44,011 bases of DNA from a virus (taxonomy: Duplodnaviria; Caudoviricetes). Of this stretch, positions 8,511 to 17,187 are shown piece after piece (positions within the stretch are counted from its first letter, which is position 1; each line of letters starts with the position of its first letter). Made by a program: the position numbers and the translations under genes. The stretch lies in the IMG/VR virus record IMGVR_UViG_3300020045_007976, positions 1 to 44,011 of that record. The stretch is one strand, 5' to 3'. Below the pieces are notes generated by a model that saw only the letters and a program-made list of their open reading frames with translations, did no database searches and was not told where the DNA came from.

Positions 8511-9011
8511 TTAATTATGTCTTTTTATTATTTTCTTAACTTCAAATCCTTCAACTTTCATAATAAGAGGTTGGTTGATTGGCAAGTCATAGTACGTACT
8601 TTCGCTTGTTACACCATTCAACAATAACCTACCGAAAATATCGTAAACCTCGAATTTATGTCCGTATTTATCAAACTCAAATTCTTGCTCACCCAGCACA
8701 GCACACGACAAACCATTTAAATTTGGATTGTTTTGTATCGCTCCTGAAACACATACCGTGCTGTTGCTTTGATTTCCGCATTGTTTAATTTCGCCTGGTC
8801 CATTTAGATTGCCTGTGACGTTAAATTTTACATTACGTAATGTAATAGTATAACCATTCAAATTTACGCCCTGATACGTGATTTCTGTTGTTGTACCGTT
8901 TCCGCAATTACCGCCTTGTAATGGCAAAGTAATGTTTCCTGTTAAAGATAAATTCTGTGCATTCCCCATTAATCCAATGGTTAAAAATGCGGATAAGAAT
9001 AGTTTTTTCAT
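8511..9011 (-). CDS. Secreted protein with a T9SS type-A-like C-terminal sorting domain
   Basis: Sec signal ending in NAQ; C-terminus FEVYDIFGRLL...MKVEG..VKKIIK. Confidence 0.65.
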   Translation of the reverse strand: MKKLFLSAFLTIGLMGNAQNLSLTGNITLPLQGGNCGNGTTTEITYQGVNLNGYTITLRNVKFNVTGNLNGPGEIKQCGNQSNSTVCVSGAIQNNPNLNGLSCAVLGEQEFEFDKYGHKFEVYDIFGRLLLNGVTSESTYYDLPINQPLIMKVEGFEVKKIIKRHN

Positions 9012-9034
9012 TTTGTTAGTGTTTAAGCGTTGAT

Positions 9035-9430
9035 TTAATTTATTATGCGACTTAATGCTTCTTGTAATCCAATTTCTAAAGCTTCTTCATAAGTATCAAT
9101 GTATTCAACTTTATAAGAATTAGCTTTTGTAAATCTATCTTTGACTGAATATAAAAATCCTTTATCAAAATAAATAATTGCGATGTCAATTTTATGAACT
9201 TCTCTTAAATATTTTTGAAGTAATGACTGTGTTGGGGCTTTATATTGGTTTGTTGTGTAATAAGAATCGTACCCTTTGCAATTATTATACTTCCTGTGAA
9301 GAAATTCTTTTGTGTCATTATTATAAATAGTATATCTGGGAACATCATAATAATTCTCGCACTCACAATCAAAGCCTTTTTCTTTTGCTAATTTAGCAAC
9401 TACAAATGATATTATTTGTTCTTGTATCAT
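9035..9430 (-). CDS. Conserved Flavobacterium-phage-type hypothetical protein
   Basis: SF..AKLAKEKGFD, APTQSLLQK.LRE.H and TYEEALEIGLQEAL motifs. Confidence 0.75.
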   Translation of the reverse strand: MIQEQIISFVVAKLAKEKGFDCECENYYDVPRYTIYNNDTKEFLHRKYNNCKGYDSYYTTNQYKAPTQSLLQKYLREVHKIDIAIIYFDKGFLYSVKDRFTKANSYKVEYIDTYEEALEIGLQEALSRIIN

Positions 9431-9433
9431 AAT

Positions 9434-9649
9434 CTAATAATTTTCTTCGTTTACTATTCTGCTAATTTCTTCAATTTGTGAGTTACCGAACCAATGCATT
9501 ATATTGACTTCGTTTCCTTCGCTGTCGGTTAAAAGTATTTCTTCTACTTCAAAACCTCCTCCTGAGTTTGTTTCTTCTTCATAAGGGATATGTTCTCCTA
9601 TAATGTATAAAGATATTCCATCGTATTTAATTGTGTGTTGATTTTTCAT
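9434..9649 (-). CDS. Hypothetical acidic protein
   Basis: Operon packing. Confidence 0.65.
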   Translation of the reverse strand: MKNQHTIKYDGISLYIIGEHIPYEEETNSGGGFEVEEILLTDSEGNEVNIMHWFGNSQIEEISRIVNEENY

Positions 9650-9651
9650 AG

Positions 9652-9927
9652 TTATATATTTGTAGGTTTTAAATTATATTTTAACATTATTTTTAAAATC
9701 TCATCTTCACAATCTGTTGTGAATTCTATTGTTATTTCTCCAATTTGTGATTGCTTGGATTTAATTATAGAAATGTTAAAATAACTATCATTTAAATATC
9801 CAGAAATAATAAAATAATAATCCCAAAAAATATCTTGAGATATGTAAACATCTGAAATTATTACATTTTTTCTCCTTCTTAAACTCTTAATAAATCTCTC
9901 GGTGTTTTGTAATGTTGAATCTTTCAT
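9652..9927 (-). CDS. Hypothetical protein
   Basis: Operon packing. Confidence 0.6.
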   Translation of the reverse strand: MKDSTLQNTERFIKSLRRRKNVIISDVYISQDIFWDYYFIISGYLNDSYFNISIIKSKQSQIGEITIEFTTDCEDEILKIMLKYNLKPTNI

Positions 9928-9947
9928 TTTGTTTGTTTAATTGATTA

Positions 9948-10199
9948 TTAAAAAGGAGTATCAAAATAAGTTTCTTTAACTTTTTCTTTCTCAATTTCTT
10001 GAATCTGATCATAAAGCGAGGTAACAAAATCTTTTGATATGTAAATTTGTGCTATCCCTCTATTTTCAGTTGTTTGATAAAATCGAAGTCCTGTTACAAC
10101 TCTGGTATGTTCAGCTTCTTTCCCCTCAACAGGGTTTTCTTCTGTTAATCTTAAATTAGTACTTATAATTACTTCGTGGTCAAGGTTAAAATATTTCAT
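9948..10199 (-). CDS. Hypothetical protein (start revised to ATG 10199)
   Basis: The track start overlaps the promoter motif. Confidence 0.6.
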   Translation of the reverse strand: MKYFNLDHEVIISTNLRLTEENPVEGKEAEHTRVVTGLRFYQTTENRGIAQIYISKDFVTSLYDQIQEIEKEKVKETYFDTPF

Positions 10200-10226
10200 A
10201 ATTTCTATTATTTCAGTTATTGAGTA

Positions 10227-10234
10227 CAAACATA
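10227..10234 (-). promoter_or_regulatory. Bacteroidota -7 promoter element (TATGTTTG), leftward early
   Basis: Matches TAnnTTTG at the strand switch. Confidence 0.7.
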
Positions 10235-10324
10235 CAACATATTTTTTGATTTACAACACATTAATCAATAATTTAGAATGAATATAAATAATTGAAAAAA
10301 GATTGAGTATTCAAAAATGTTTTG

Positions 10325-10332
10325 TAGATTTG
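10325..10332 (+). promoter_or_regulatory. Bacteroidota -7 promoter element (TAGATTTG), rightward early
   Basis: Matches TAnnTTTG, with TTG upstream at about 10304. Confidence 0.7.
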
Positions 10333-10355
10333 CTTTAATATTAAACGATAGAAAA

Positions 10356-10787
10356 ATGAAAACAACAAAAAGATTTGACGAAGCGGTAAGTAAATTGTAT
10401 AACGCTTTTCATGAAAATAGACTAGACCCTCTTGACTGCATGGCTTGTGCCGTTGGCAACATTTGTGATAATGAGTCAACTTGGTTTGACAGCGTGCATA
10501 ATAAAGATTTTAACAAAAGAAATATTCCTGAATCAGTTTCAATAAAAACAGGATATAGCGAGAAAGAACTTGAGAGCATAGAAACTATGTTTATTTATGG
10601 TGTTAAACATAGGAAAGAAAAAATGTTATTTCATAATGGTTATGGAAATACCAAAGAAACTCAATTCCTAGGACTTTGCGCTGTTGTAGAATATCTTTGT
10701 GAATTAGATAACATTCCAAATGTAATGGATTATAAAAAACTATTTGAACAAGAAGAAAACAAACCTAAATACGAATTGAAACTTTAA
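10356..10787 (+). CDS. Conserved Flavobacteriaceae-type hypothetical protein (start ATG 10356)
   Basis: RF..A..KLY.AFH...L.P..C..CAVGNICD...F.GLCAVV..LC.LD. Confidence 0.75.
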   Translation: MKTTKRFDEAVSKLYNAFHENRLDPLDCMACAVGNICDNESTWFDSVHNKDFNKRNIPESVSIKTGYSEKELESIETMFIYGVKHRKEKMLFHNGYGNTKETQFLGLCAVVEYLCELDNIPNVMDYKKLFEQEENKPKYELKL

Positions 10788-10792
10788 ACACT

Positions 10793-11020
10793 ATGAACTT
10801 AACAAATCACATCGAAATCCAAGACCCTATAAATATAGGAACAAAAACTATTTTAACGGCTTATTTTAAGTTAGATAAAGAAACCATGATATCTCTTTTG
10901 TCTGCTGAAAGGATTGTTGTAAATGGTAATTATTATAAAGTACCTGAGCATGATATTTTACTTTGCTTAATAAACCAAAAATACGGAGAGACTAAACTAG
11001 AACTAGAACAAATAAAATAA
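10793..11020 (+). CDS. Hypothetical protein
   Basis: Operon packing. Confidence 0.6.
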   Translation: MNLTNHIEIQDPINIGTKTILTAYFKLDKETMISLLSAERIVVNGNYYKVPEHDILLCLINQKYGETKLELEQIK

Positions 11021-11025
11021 ACACC

Positions 11026-11205
11026 ATGAACAAAAAACAAGATGGCAGAAAAAAAAACGGCGGGGCTGGAAGAAATCAAGGGCGTACACCTGATTATAAT
11101 GAACCAACGTACAGACATCAGGTAACGGTTCCAAAAGCTCAAAAAATCCCATTCACCGAGCACGTAGAAAAGTTCCTTAAACCATTTAAAAACAAGAAAC
11201 CATGA
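11026..11205 (+). CDS. Small putative DNA-binding protein, 59 aa (not in the ORF track)
   Basis: MNKKQDGRKKNGGAGRNQGRTP...VTVPK: an AT-hook-like GGxR segment plus a possible ribbon-helix-helix strand. Confidence 0.65.
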   Translation: MNKKQDGRKKNGGAGRNQGRTPDYNEPTYRHQVTVPKAQKIPFTEHVEKFLKPFKNKKP

Positions 11206-11366
11206 TTACACTAACAATAATATTGATCATTGTAAATGTATTTGCTATATTATACATTAGGATATTGATTAAAGAGAGTTTGGAATTGGAAAAAGAGCTT
11301 TTGGAACAACAACTCAGAAATCTTGAATTAGAAGACGAATTTCTCCTTCAAAAAAAGACTAGCTGA
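11202..11366 (+). CDS. Small membrane protein, 54 aa (not in the ORF track)
   Basis: ATGA overlap with the previous gene; N-terminal TM segment. Confidence 0.55.
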   Translation: MITLTIILIIVNVFAILYIRILIKESLELEKELLEQQLRNLELEDEFLLQKKTS

Positions 11367-11407
11367 AACATTTGAAAAAGGATATACGGATTTAAAGGAT
11401 AAGAAAA

Positions 11408-13511
11408 ATGAAAAATAATCAAACCGCATTGGACATTTTACAATCTGAATTAAAGCTTTTAGAGAAGAAGTTACAAACAAAGATGTTCGACGATTCAACT
11501 ATTCCTGGAAAGGTTAGAAATAAACGGATACAGTATAAACTCTCCGCCCAGAAAATGACCATTCGCAAAATGATGCGTAAAATATCTAAATTATAAACCA
11601 ATGCCGAAAGGCTTAAAATTGAAATTATGGAATGTAAAATTTGTAATGCAGAATTACTAGACGAAGGTGCTTATGGCTATTTAGCCTCACACCAGTCAGG
11701 AGAAGTTTTAGGAAGAACTTATAGATGTCCTAATCACGAAGGTTTTGAAACTGAAGAATTAGCAAATGAATTTCTAATAAACACACAAAGAACAATTGAA
11801 GATTTAGGCGTTTCAAGTTGGGATGAAATTACATGCGATAGTTCAATGCACAATGTTTCTGGATGCTTTTATACTGACAAACAAGGTAATTTACACGAGG
11901 GATATCCTTGTTAACAACTAACCCCTAAAAACTATGAAAAACTGGAACGGAACGAAAGGACTTTATACTATTGAAGAAAAAGAAACAGCAGTAGGATATT
12001 TTTATAAAGTATCTGCGGGAAGTGTTAGTATTTGCAATATAACAACTAGAGATTTGGACGTCGCTAGATTAAATGCCGAACTTATTTCAGATGCAGGAAA
12101 TACAATTCAAAAATGTGGATTACTACCATCACAAATTTTAAGCGAAAGAGACCAATTACTTGAAACGCTAAATAATTTAGTCATTAAGATAAAATTACCA
12201 AAGTCTGCTATTAATGAAGCAAACGAACTAATCAATAAAATACAAAATGGAAAAATATAAATTAAAAGGAGGGGAAAATATTTTTGTTTTAAGAGTAGAG
12301 CACAACGTTTCTTTGAGAGTTTTTGCGGTTGCTTTAACTGATACTTTTTACAATAATGGTGAAGAATTCCCAGAAAGATTGACAAAAAAAGAAGCTGAAA
12401 AAATATTAAGACGTAGTTTGTTTAGACACGGCTGTCAAGGTCAATTTGAAGATGGCTACTTTGAAGCGTCTTTTGAAGAATCAGAAAAATACTCAAAGAT
12501 ATTAAATCCTGCTTTTGAGTGGATAAAAGAAAAATATGAATGGTTAAGAGATTTGTAACAGTCTAAAATTTAATCAATAAAATAACTAACAAATAGGAAT
12601 TATGGGAGACTTATTAGAATTAATGCAGGAATTTGAAAAAAGAAATAATACTTCTATTTCATTAGATTTATGTAGCGATGGTTCTGGGACTTTAAGAGAG
12701 TTTTGGGATAAAGAAGAAATAAAGCAATTTGACAATTCATCCGAGTTACGTGCATTTTTAGCAAACGGAAAATTAAAAATGAAAGATGGACGTTCAGTTA
12801 AACCAATCAAGATACTTAAATCCTAACCCATGTTAACAGATAAAGCACTTGAGTATTTCGAAAATTTTTTTTTAGAAAGACAAAAGAAATTTGACTTTTA
12901 TAACGCCAACAACTTCGCTTTAAATGAGTTCGTTACATTTCATTCTTATATCGACTTCTTTGATAGTGTTGGGATTTATGTAATTTCTTTTAGAGATTCT
13001 GACCATAAAGAAAATAAATGGACATGGTTAGTGGATGAAATATATACTTTTGAATATTTCGATTCACGCAGAGAAAGTGATGTAAAAGCCATCTATCAAG
13101 CAAACAAAATTTACAACTTAAAACAAAACAGTAATTCGCAACAACACTAACAGAAAACCCTTATAAATAGAAAGTATGAACATAGATAATATTGTTTTCA
13201 TTGAATATGATGGCAAAAACATTCCTTTTCAGGTTTGGACTGATGACATGAGTATGTATGATTTAAGAATAAAACAAGGGCATTTGTTTGCGGAATTATC
13301 AGGAATGGGAGGAACTACGTATATACATAAATTTTCATCAAAAATTAAAAGACCTAGAAAATTATGGTTTAAGCCAGATTTCAGACCTTATGATTCTGGT
13401 AATATAAAAAAGGGTCCACTACAAAACAGAGATATTTATGAATATGGATACTCTATAATAGAAAACCCTACATATTTGGATGAAATTTTAGAAGCTATCG
13501 AAAATTATTAA
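11408..13511 (+). other. Array of small hypothetical CDSs: 11408-11596, 11627-11914, 11934-12260, 12247-12558, 12602-12826, 12830-13150, 13176-13511
   Basis: Co-oriented, closely spaced ORFs with A-rich starts. Confidence 0.7.
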
Positions 13512-13532
13512 CAACCCTTATAAGTAAACGAT

Positions 13533-13898
13533 ATGCCCCACAAGAAATTCAAAAACGAAGTTTACGAAAAGTTCAAAGGATGTTGTGCTTATTGTGGAAA
13601 TTCAATTACTTTAAAGAATATGCAAATTGACCACATTACACCAATTTATCGTGGGTGGTCGGATGCTTATTTGGAGCGATTTAATTTAGTGAGAGGCACG
13701 GATGAATTAGTAAATCTAAATCCATCTTGTAGGGTTTGCAATAAGTGGAAATCCACCTACACATTAGAACAATTCAGAAACGAATTACAACTACAAATAG
13801 AAAGATTAAATGCAAGAAGTGCAGGGTTTAGGATTGCAAAAACTTACGGGCTTATTGAAGAAACAAAAACAAAAGTAATATTTCACTTTGAAAAATAA
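13533..13898 (+). CDS. HNH endonuclease (Zn-binding, McrA-like fold)
   Basis: GCCAYCG, IDHITP and NL.PSCRVCN.WK motifs. Confidence 0.88.
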   Translation: MPHKKFKNEVYEKFKGCCAYCGNSITLKNMQIDHITPIYRGWSDAYLERFNLVRGTDELVNLNPSCRVCNKWKSTYTLEQFRNELQLQIERLNARSAGFRIAKTYGLIEETKTKVIFHFEK

Positions 13899-13903
13899 AC
13901 GAC

Positions 13904-14185
13904 ATGAAGAAGTCCGCTATATTCACCTCAATAGCTATGATGATGGCTTTTCAGGAAGAGGCTTTTAGAGAAAGCAGAGAAGGCAAATCAAATGAGATAA
14001 TAGTTAAAAAAGAACCTGAAAAAATAATTCCAAAAGGGTGTAAAGAATATCATTTTAGGAAAAGTGGTTGTTTTGATACTACAGAAAATACATGGGATGA
14101 TATTGAATATATTTTCTCATGTGTTGCCTCAAATGATAAAAATGCAATTAAAAAGTTTGAAAAATTTAAAGAACAAACGACATGA
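13904..14185 (+). CDS. Hypothetical protein
   Basis: Operon packing. Confidence 0.65.
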   Translation: MKKSAIFTSIAMMMAFQEEAFRESREGKSNEIIVKKEPEKIIPKGCKEYHFRKSGCFDTTENTWDDIEYIFSCVASNDKNAIKKFEKFKEQTT

Positions 14186-14565
14186 CAAAAGAAGAAGTAA
14201 TAAAAAATTCGTATGGCGAAGATTTTGAAACATATCAGCCAAATGGTAACGGTTGGAGTTAAAAAATGGTAATGTATCAGAATGTTGATTGGGAAAGAGT
14301 TGATGTAAAAGAAATTGCACATGGAATGTATAACGTTCGCCCAAAATCACTTTCCGGATTGGAAACTAACAATGGCTGGATAAAAATTGAAAGTGAAGAT
14401 GATTTGCCAGAGGAATATGACATTTATTATGTGTTTTTTAATGAAGAAGTTGTTAAATCATCATTTAACAATATAACAAAACAATGGTTTTACATCAGCA
14501 CAAACATAACTTCTGAAGTTAATCACTACCAAACAATAAACAAGCCATTAAAACCAATATATTGA
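14182..14565 (+). pseudogene. Hypothetical phage gene with an in-frame TAA at 14260-14262
   Basis: ATG 14182 (ATGA overlap) reads MTKEEVIKNSYGE...NGWS*KMVMYQ...RPKSLSGLETNNGWIKIESEDDLP in one frame. Confidence 0.65.
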
Positions 14566-14568
14566 GCT

Positions 14569-14964
14569 ATGAATCTAAAAGAATATTTAAACGAAAAAGG
14601 AATTTTAATTGATGAAGAAATAATCAGTTCAAAAGGAAAAAAACATTACTTAACAGAATTGATTGAAGGATTTAATACTGTTAGTAATTGGGAGCAAAGA
14701 AAATCAGAATCTTTAAGCAGGGCTAATTTCAAAATGAATTGGAATTCTGAGAAGATTAAACAGTTTAGAAATTTAGTAGGTTTATCTCAAAATGAGTTTG
14801 CTGAACTAATTGGAATTCATCAAGCAACTTTATCCTTAATTGAAAAAGGCAGAGAACTAAAAGACATTGATACGATTAATAAACTATCAAGCGTTTTGGA
14901 AGATTATAAAAACAAAAGAATAAACCACCTAAAAAATGAAATTAACTTTTTAAAATCGTTTTAA
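14569..14964 (+). CDS. XRE-family HTH regulator
   Basis: IKQFRNLVGLSQNEFAELIGIHQATLSLIEKG. Confidence 0.85.
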   Translation: MNLKEYLNEKGILIDEEIISSKGKKHYLTELIEGFNTVSNWEQRKSESLSRANFKMNWNSEKIKQFRNLVGLSQNEFAELIGIHQATLSLIEKGRELKDIDTINKLSSVLEDYKNKRINHLKNEINFLKSF

Positions 14965-14967
14965 GCT

Positions 14968-16624
14968 ATGGAAAATAAAGAAAAAGTGTATTTGAAAGGA
15001 ATGACGGAGTTTGTTTTGGAACAAACTAGGTTTATAAAAACAGCCGATTTTAGAACGTCACATATTCCATTAAATAATCTACATAATTATGCCAACTTCC
15101 TAAACCAACCCCTATGTATTTCGCAATTCGTTGCTTGTAAGTTGGTAGAGGGGAAGTGGAAGGTGTTGGAAGAAATTAACGAAGACTATCCAAATAATGT
15201 AGAGTTTTCTGAAGAAATTGAAGAGTATCGTAAAGCAAAACAACGTTGCTTATTTAAAGGGTTTAAAATTGAATCACATACAGATAACTTCTTTTCGGTT
15301 AGATGCGAAAACAATATTGTAAATGTTATGTGGAACGCTTCTGATGAAAGAAATTGGTTTCCTGCAAGAGGACTTTCAACCATCGAAGACCTAACAAAAT
15401 ACAATTTAGAACTATCACAAACAGCGGTAAAAACATTGGGGTTATGAAAAATTGTACAAATTGCAATAGAACTTTAAAGTCAAAAGGATTAATTTACTCT
15501 ATGTATAAAATCTATAGAGTTTGTCAATGTGGTGAAGACCCTAATCCGAATTATTTGATAGAATTACCAAAAATTAAAACATTAAATTTATAAAACTATG
15601 AAAGTATCACTCAAAAAAGCATTCTCCATCCTTGATGGTAGATTATCAACTGAAATCGGTGACGTGTATGAAATGTTGAATTACATATTTGACGAAAATT
15701 TTATGACACATCAACTACCTACTGCAATGAGAAGATTAAAAGAAATTAACCCAGGTTGGTTTGAAAGAGGAGTTTTTGCATTAGATGAAATTAAAAGAGT
15801 TATTGGAACTGATGATTTTAAACAAATGATGGAAACTATCGAAAATAATTTTTCTCATTTTGAAATCGAATTAGGCAAAGTAAAAGCAGATATTCCCTTT
15901 TTGGCTGGATTTAGATGTTAACCAATTAAACTTGTAATTATGAAAAAACAAACACCAATGCAGGAGCATATTAAAGAGCTTGAAAAGATTCTTAAGGGAC
16001 TTCCTGAGTATAAACCTTCTGAGCAAATAGAAATTGCAATTATAAGCGCAAAGTCTTTTTTAGAAAAAGAAAAGGAGACTATAGAATCCGCTTATGGACA
16101 AGGATTAATTGAAGTTCCTAATTACGAAAATACGAAAGGAACTTATTACGAAAAAACATTTCAAAACAACCAACCATGAACGCAATAGAAACGCTTTTAG
16201 TAATCTCCTGGTTTTTAGGAGCCGGAACAATAATCTTCATTGTTGTGCACGCAAAACAACAATTAAAGAAGAAAGATAATTGCCAGCATAAAGAAGTATT
16301 CGAATGCACTAGTAAAAAAGGCACGGTTACGAAATGTTTGGATTGTAAGAGTAAATTAAAAAATAAATAGGTATGAATACAGAAAATGGTTGCCCTACAT
16401 TCCCACATTTTGGAGCTAGTTATCCAGATGCTTGTTGTATCGATGGTTATTTGTGGGATTTGGATAAATGTAATGACGACGGCTCTTTGTATGGAGGCGG
16501 CGATGATCCTTGTCCGTTCTGTAATTTTGAATCTTTTGTTGATCACAATGTTGATGAAGAAGAAGGAATTACAAGAGAGCTTTTAACTGAATATCGAAGA
16601 AAGATGTTAGAAAAATATGAGTAA
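14968..16624 (+). other. Array of small hypothetical CDSs: 14968-15447, 15444-15593 (CxxC), 15598-15921, 15940-16179, 16176-16370 (TM + Cys), 16373-16624 (Cys/acidic)
   Basis: Co-oriented, abutting ORFs. Confidence 0.7.
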
Positions 16625-16625
16625 C

Positions 16626-16662
16626 AAAAAAAAGACGCTTCTCTTTCGATTGGCGTCTTTTT
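16626..16662. terminator. Bidirectional intrinsic terminator
   Basis: AAAAAGACGC...GCGTCTTTTT between convergent transcription units. Confidence 0.8.
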
Positions 16663-16737
16663 AACGTAATAACCAAACTAAAACCATGAAATCAGATAGT
16701 GAAGATAATCAAAAATAATTACATACACAAAAAATAG

Positions 16738-16812
16738 TACCGAAGATGGGACTCGAACACATACCTGTACAGATTTTAAGTCTGATGCCTCTACCGTTTA
16801 GGCTAAAGAAGT
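16738..16812 (-). tRNA. Degenerate tRNA-Leu(TAA)-like gene (pseudo-tRNA)
   Basis: D-stem GCCT/AGGC, anticodon arm CAGA-CTTAAAA-TCTG and T-loop TTCGAGT are present. The acceptor stem is mostly unpaired and there is no long variable arm. Confidence 0.6.
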
Positions 16813-16815
16813 TTG

Positions 16816-16888
16816 TGGAAAAGGTTAGATTCGAACTAACAACGCTCAGCTCTTCAAACTGACGCTCTACCAATTGAGCTACATTTCC
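16816..16888 (-). tRNA. tRNA-Phe(GAA)
   Basis: Full cloverleaf: GGAAATG/CTTTTCC, GCTC/GAGC, TCAGT-TTGAAGA-GCTGA, GTTAG-TTCGAAT-CTAAC. Confidence 0.92.
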
Positions 16889-16894
16889 TTTTAG

Positions 16895-16966
16895 CGGTCT
16901 ATGAGAGAATCGAACTCTCATCACAAGCGTGACAAGCTTGCATCCTAACCGTTGAACGAATAGACC
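16895..16966 (-). tRNA. tRNA-Asp(GTC)
   Basis: GGTCTAT/ATAGACC, discriminator G, CAAGC-TTGTCAC-GCTTG, GAGAG-TTCGATT-CTCTC. Confidence 0.93.
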
Positions 16967-16970
16967 TTTG

Positions 16971-17037
16971 TGGGACTGCGAGGTATCGAACCTCAGAGTA
17001 AGAGTTTTACAGACTCGACTTCCGCCCGTTCAATCCC
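16971..17037 (-). tRNA. Truncated tRNA-Tyr(GTA)-like gene, 67 nt, no D-stem
   Basis: GGGATTG/CAGTCCC, GAGT-CTGTAAA-ACTC and GAGG-TTCGATA-CCTC are present; the D region is only 13 nt. Confidence 0.7.
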
Positions 17038-17041
17038 AAAT

Positions 17042-17070
17042 AAAAAAATCCCCAACTTTTGAAGGGGATT
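17042..17070 (-). terminator. Intrinsic terminator/attenuator directly upstream of the tRNA cluster
   Basis: AATCCCC...GGGGATT followed by TTTTT. Confidence 0.8.
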
Positions 17071-17093
17071 AAATAATATATTTTAAATCTATA

Positions 17094-17159
17094 TCATACC
17101 AAATCCCTATCGCCTAAAAGCGAATCACAAAATGATAAATATAAACTTGTTGTTTTCAT
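17094..17159 (-). CDS. Putative leader peptide MKTTSLYLSFCDSLLGDRDLV (21 aa)
   Basis: The ATG lies 4 nt after the TAGTTTTG promoter element; the stop is about 23 nt before the terminator. Confidence 0.6.
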   Translation of the reverse strand: MKTTSLYLSFCDSLLGDRDLV

Positions 17160-17163
17160 ACTG

Positions 17164-17171
17164 CAAAACTA
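17164..17171 (-). promoter_or_regulatory. Bacteroidota promoter -7 element (TAGTTTTG) for leader + tRNAs
   Basis: TAnnTTTG with TTGA upstream at about 17186. Confidence 0.75.
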
Positions 17172-17187
17172 TAAAATATTTTTCAAT

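Noticed and set aside
1483-14565. Genome-wide stop codon reassignment
   Set aside because: TAA ends most genes normally, and long genes are intact under the standard code; only two internal TAAs were found.
16738-16812. Ochre suppressor tRNA explaining the in-frame TAA codons
   Set aside because: The loop CTTAAAA places TAA (Leu), not TTA, at positions 34-36, and the acceptor stem is broken.
16709-16924. 71-aa ORF in the track
   Set aside because: It overlaps tRNA genes on the same strand and is spurious.
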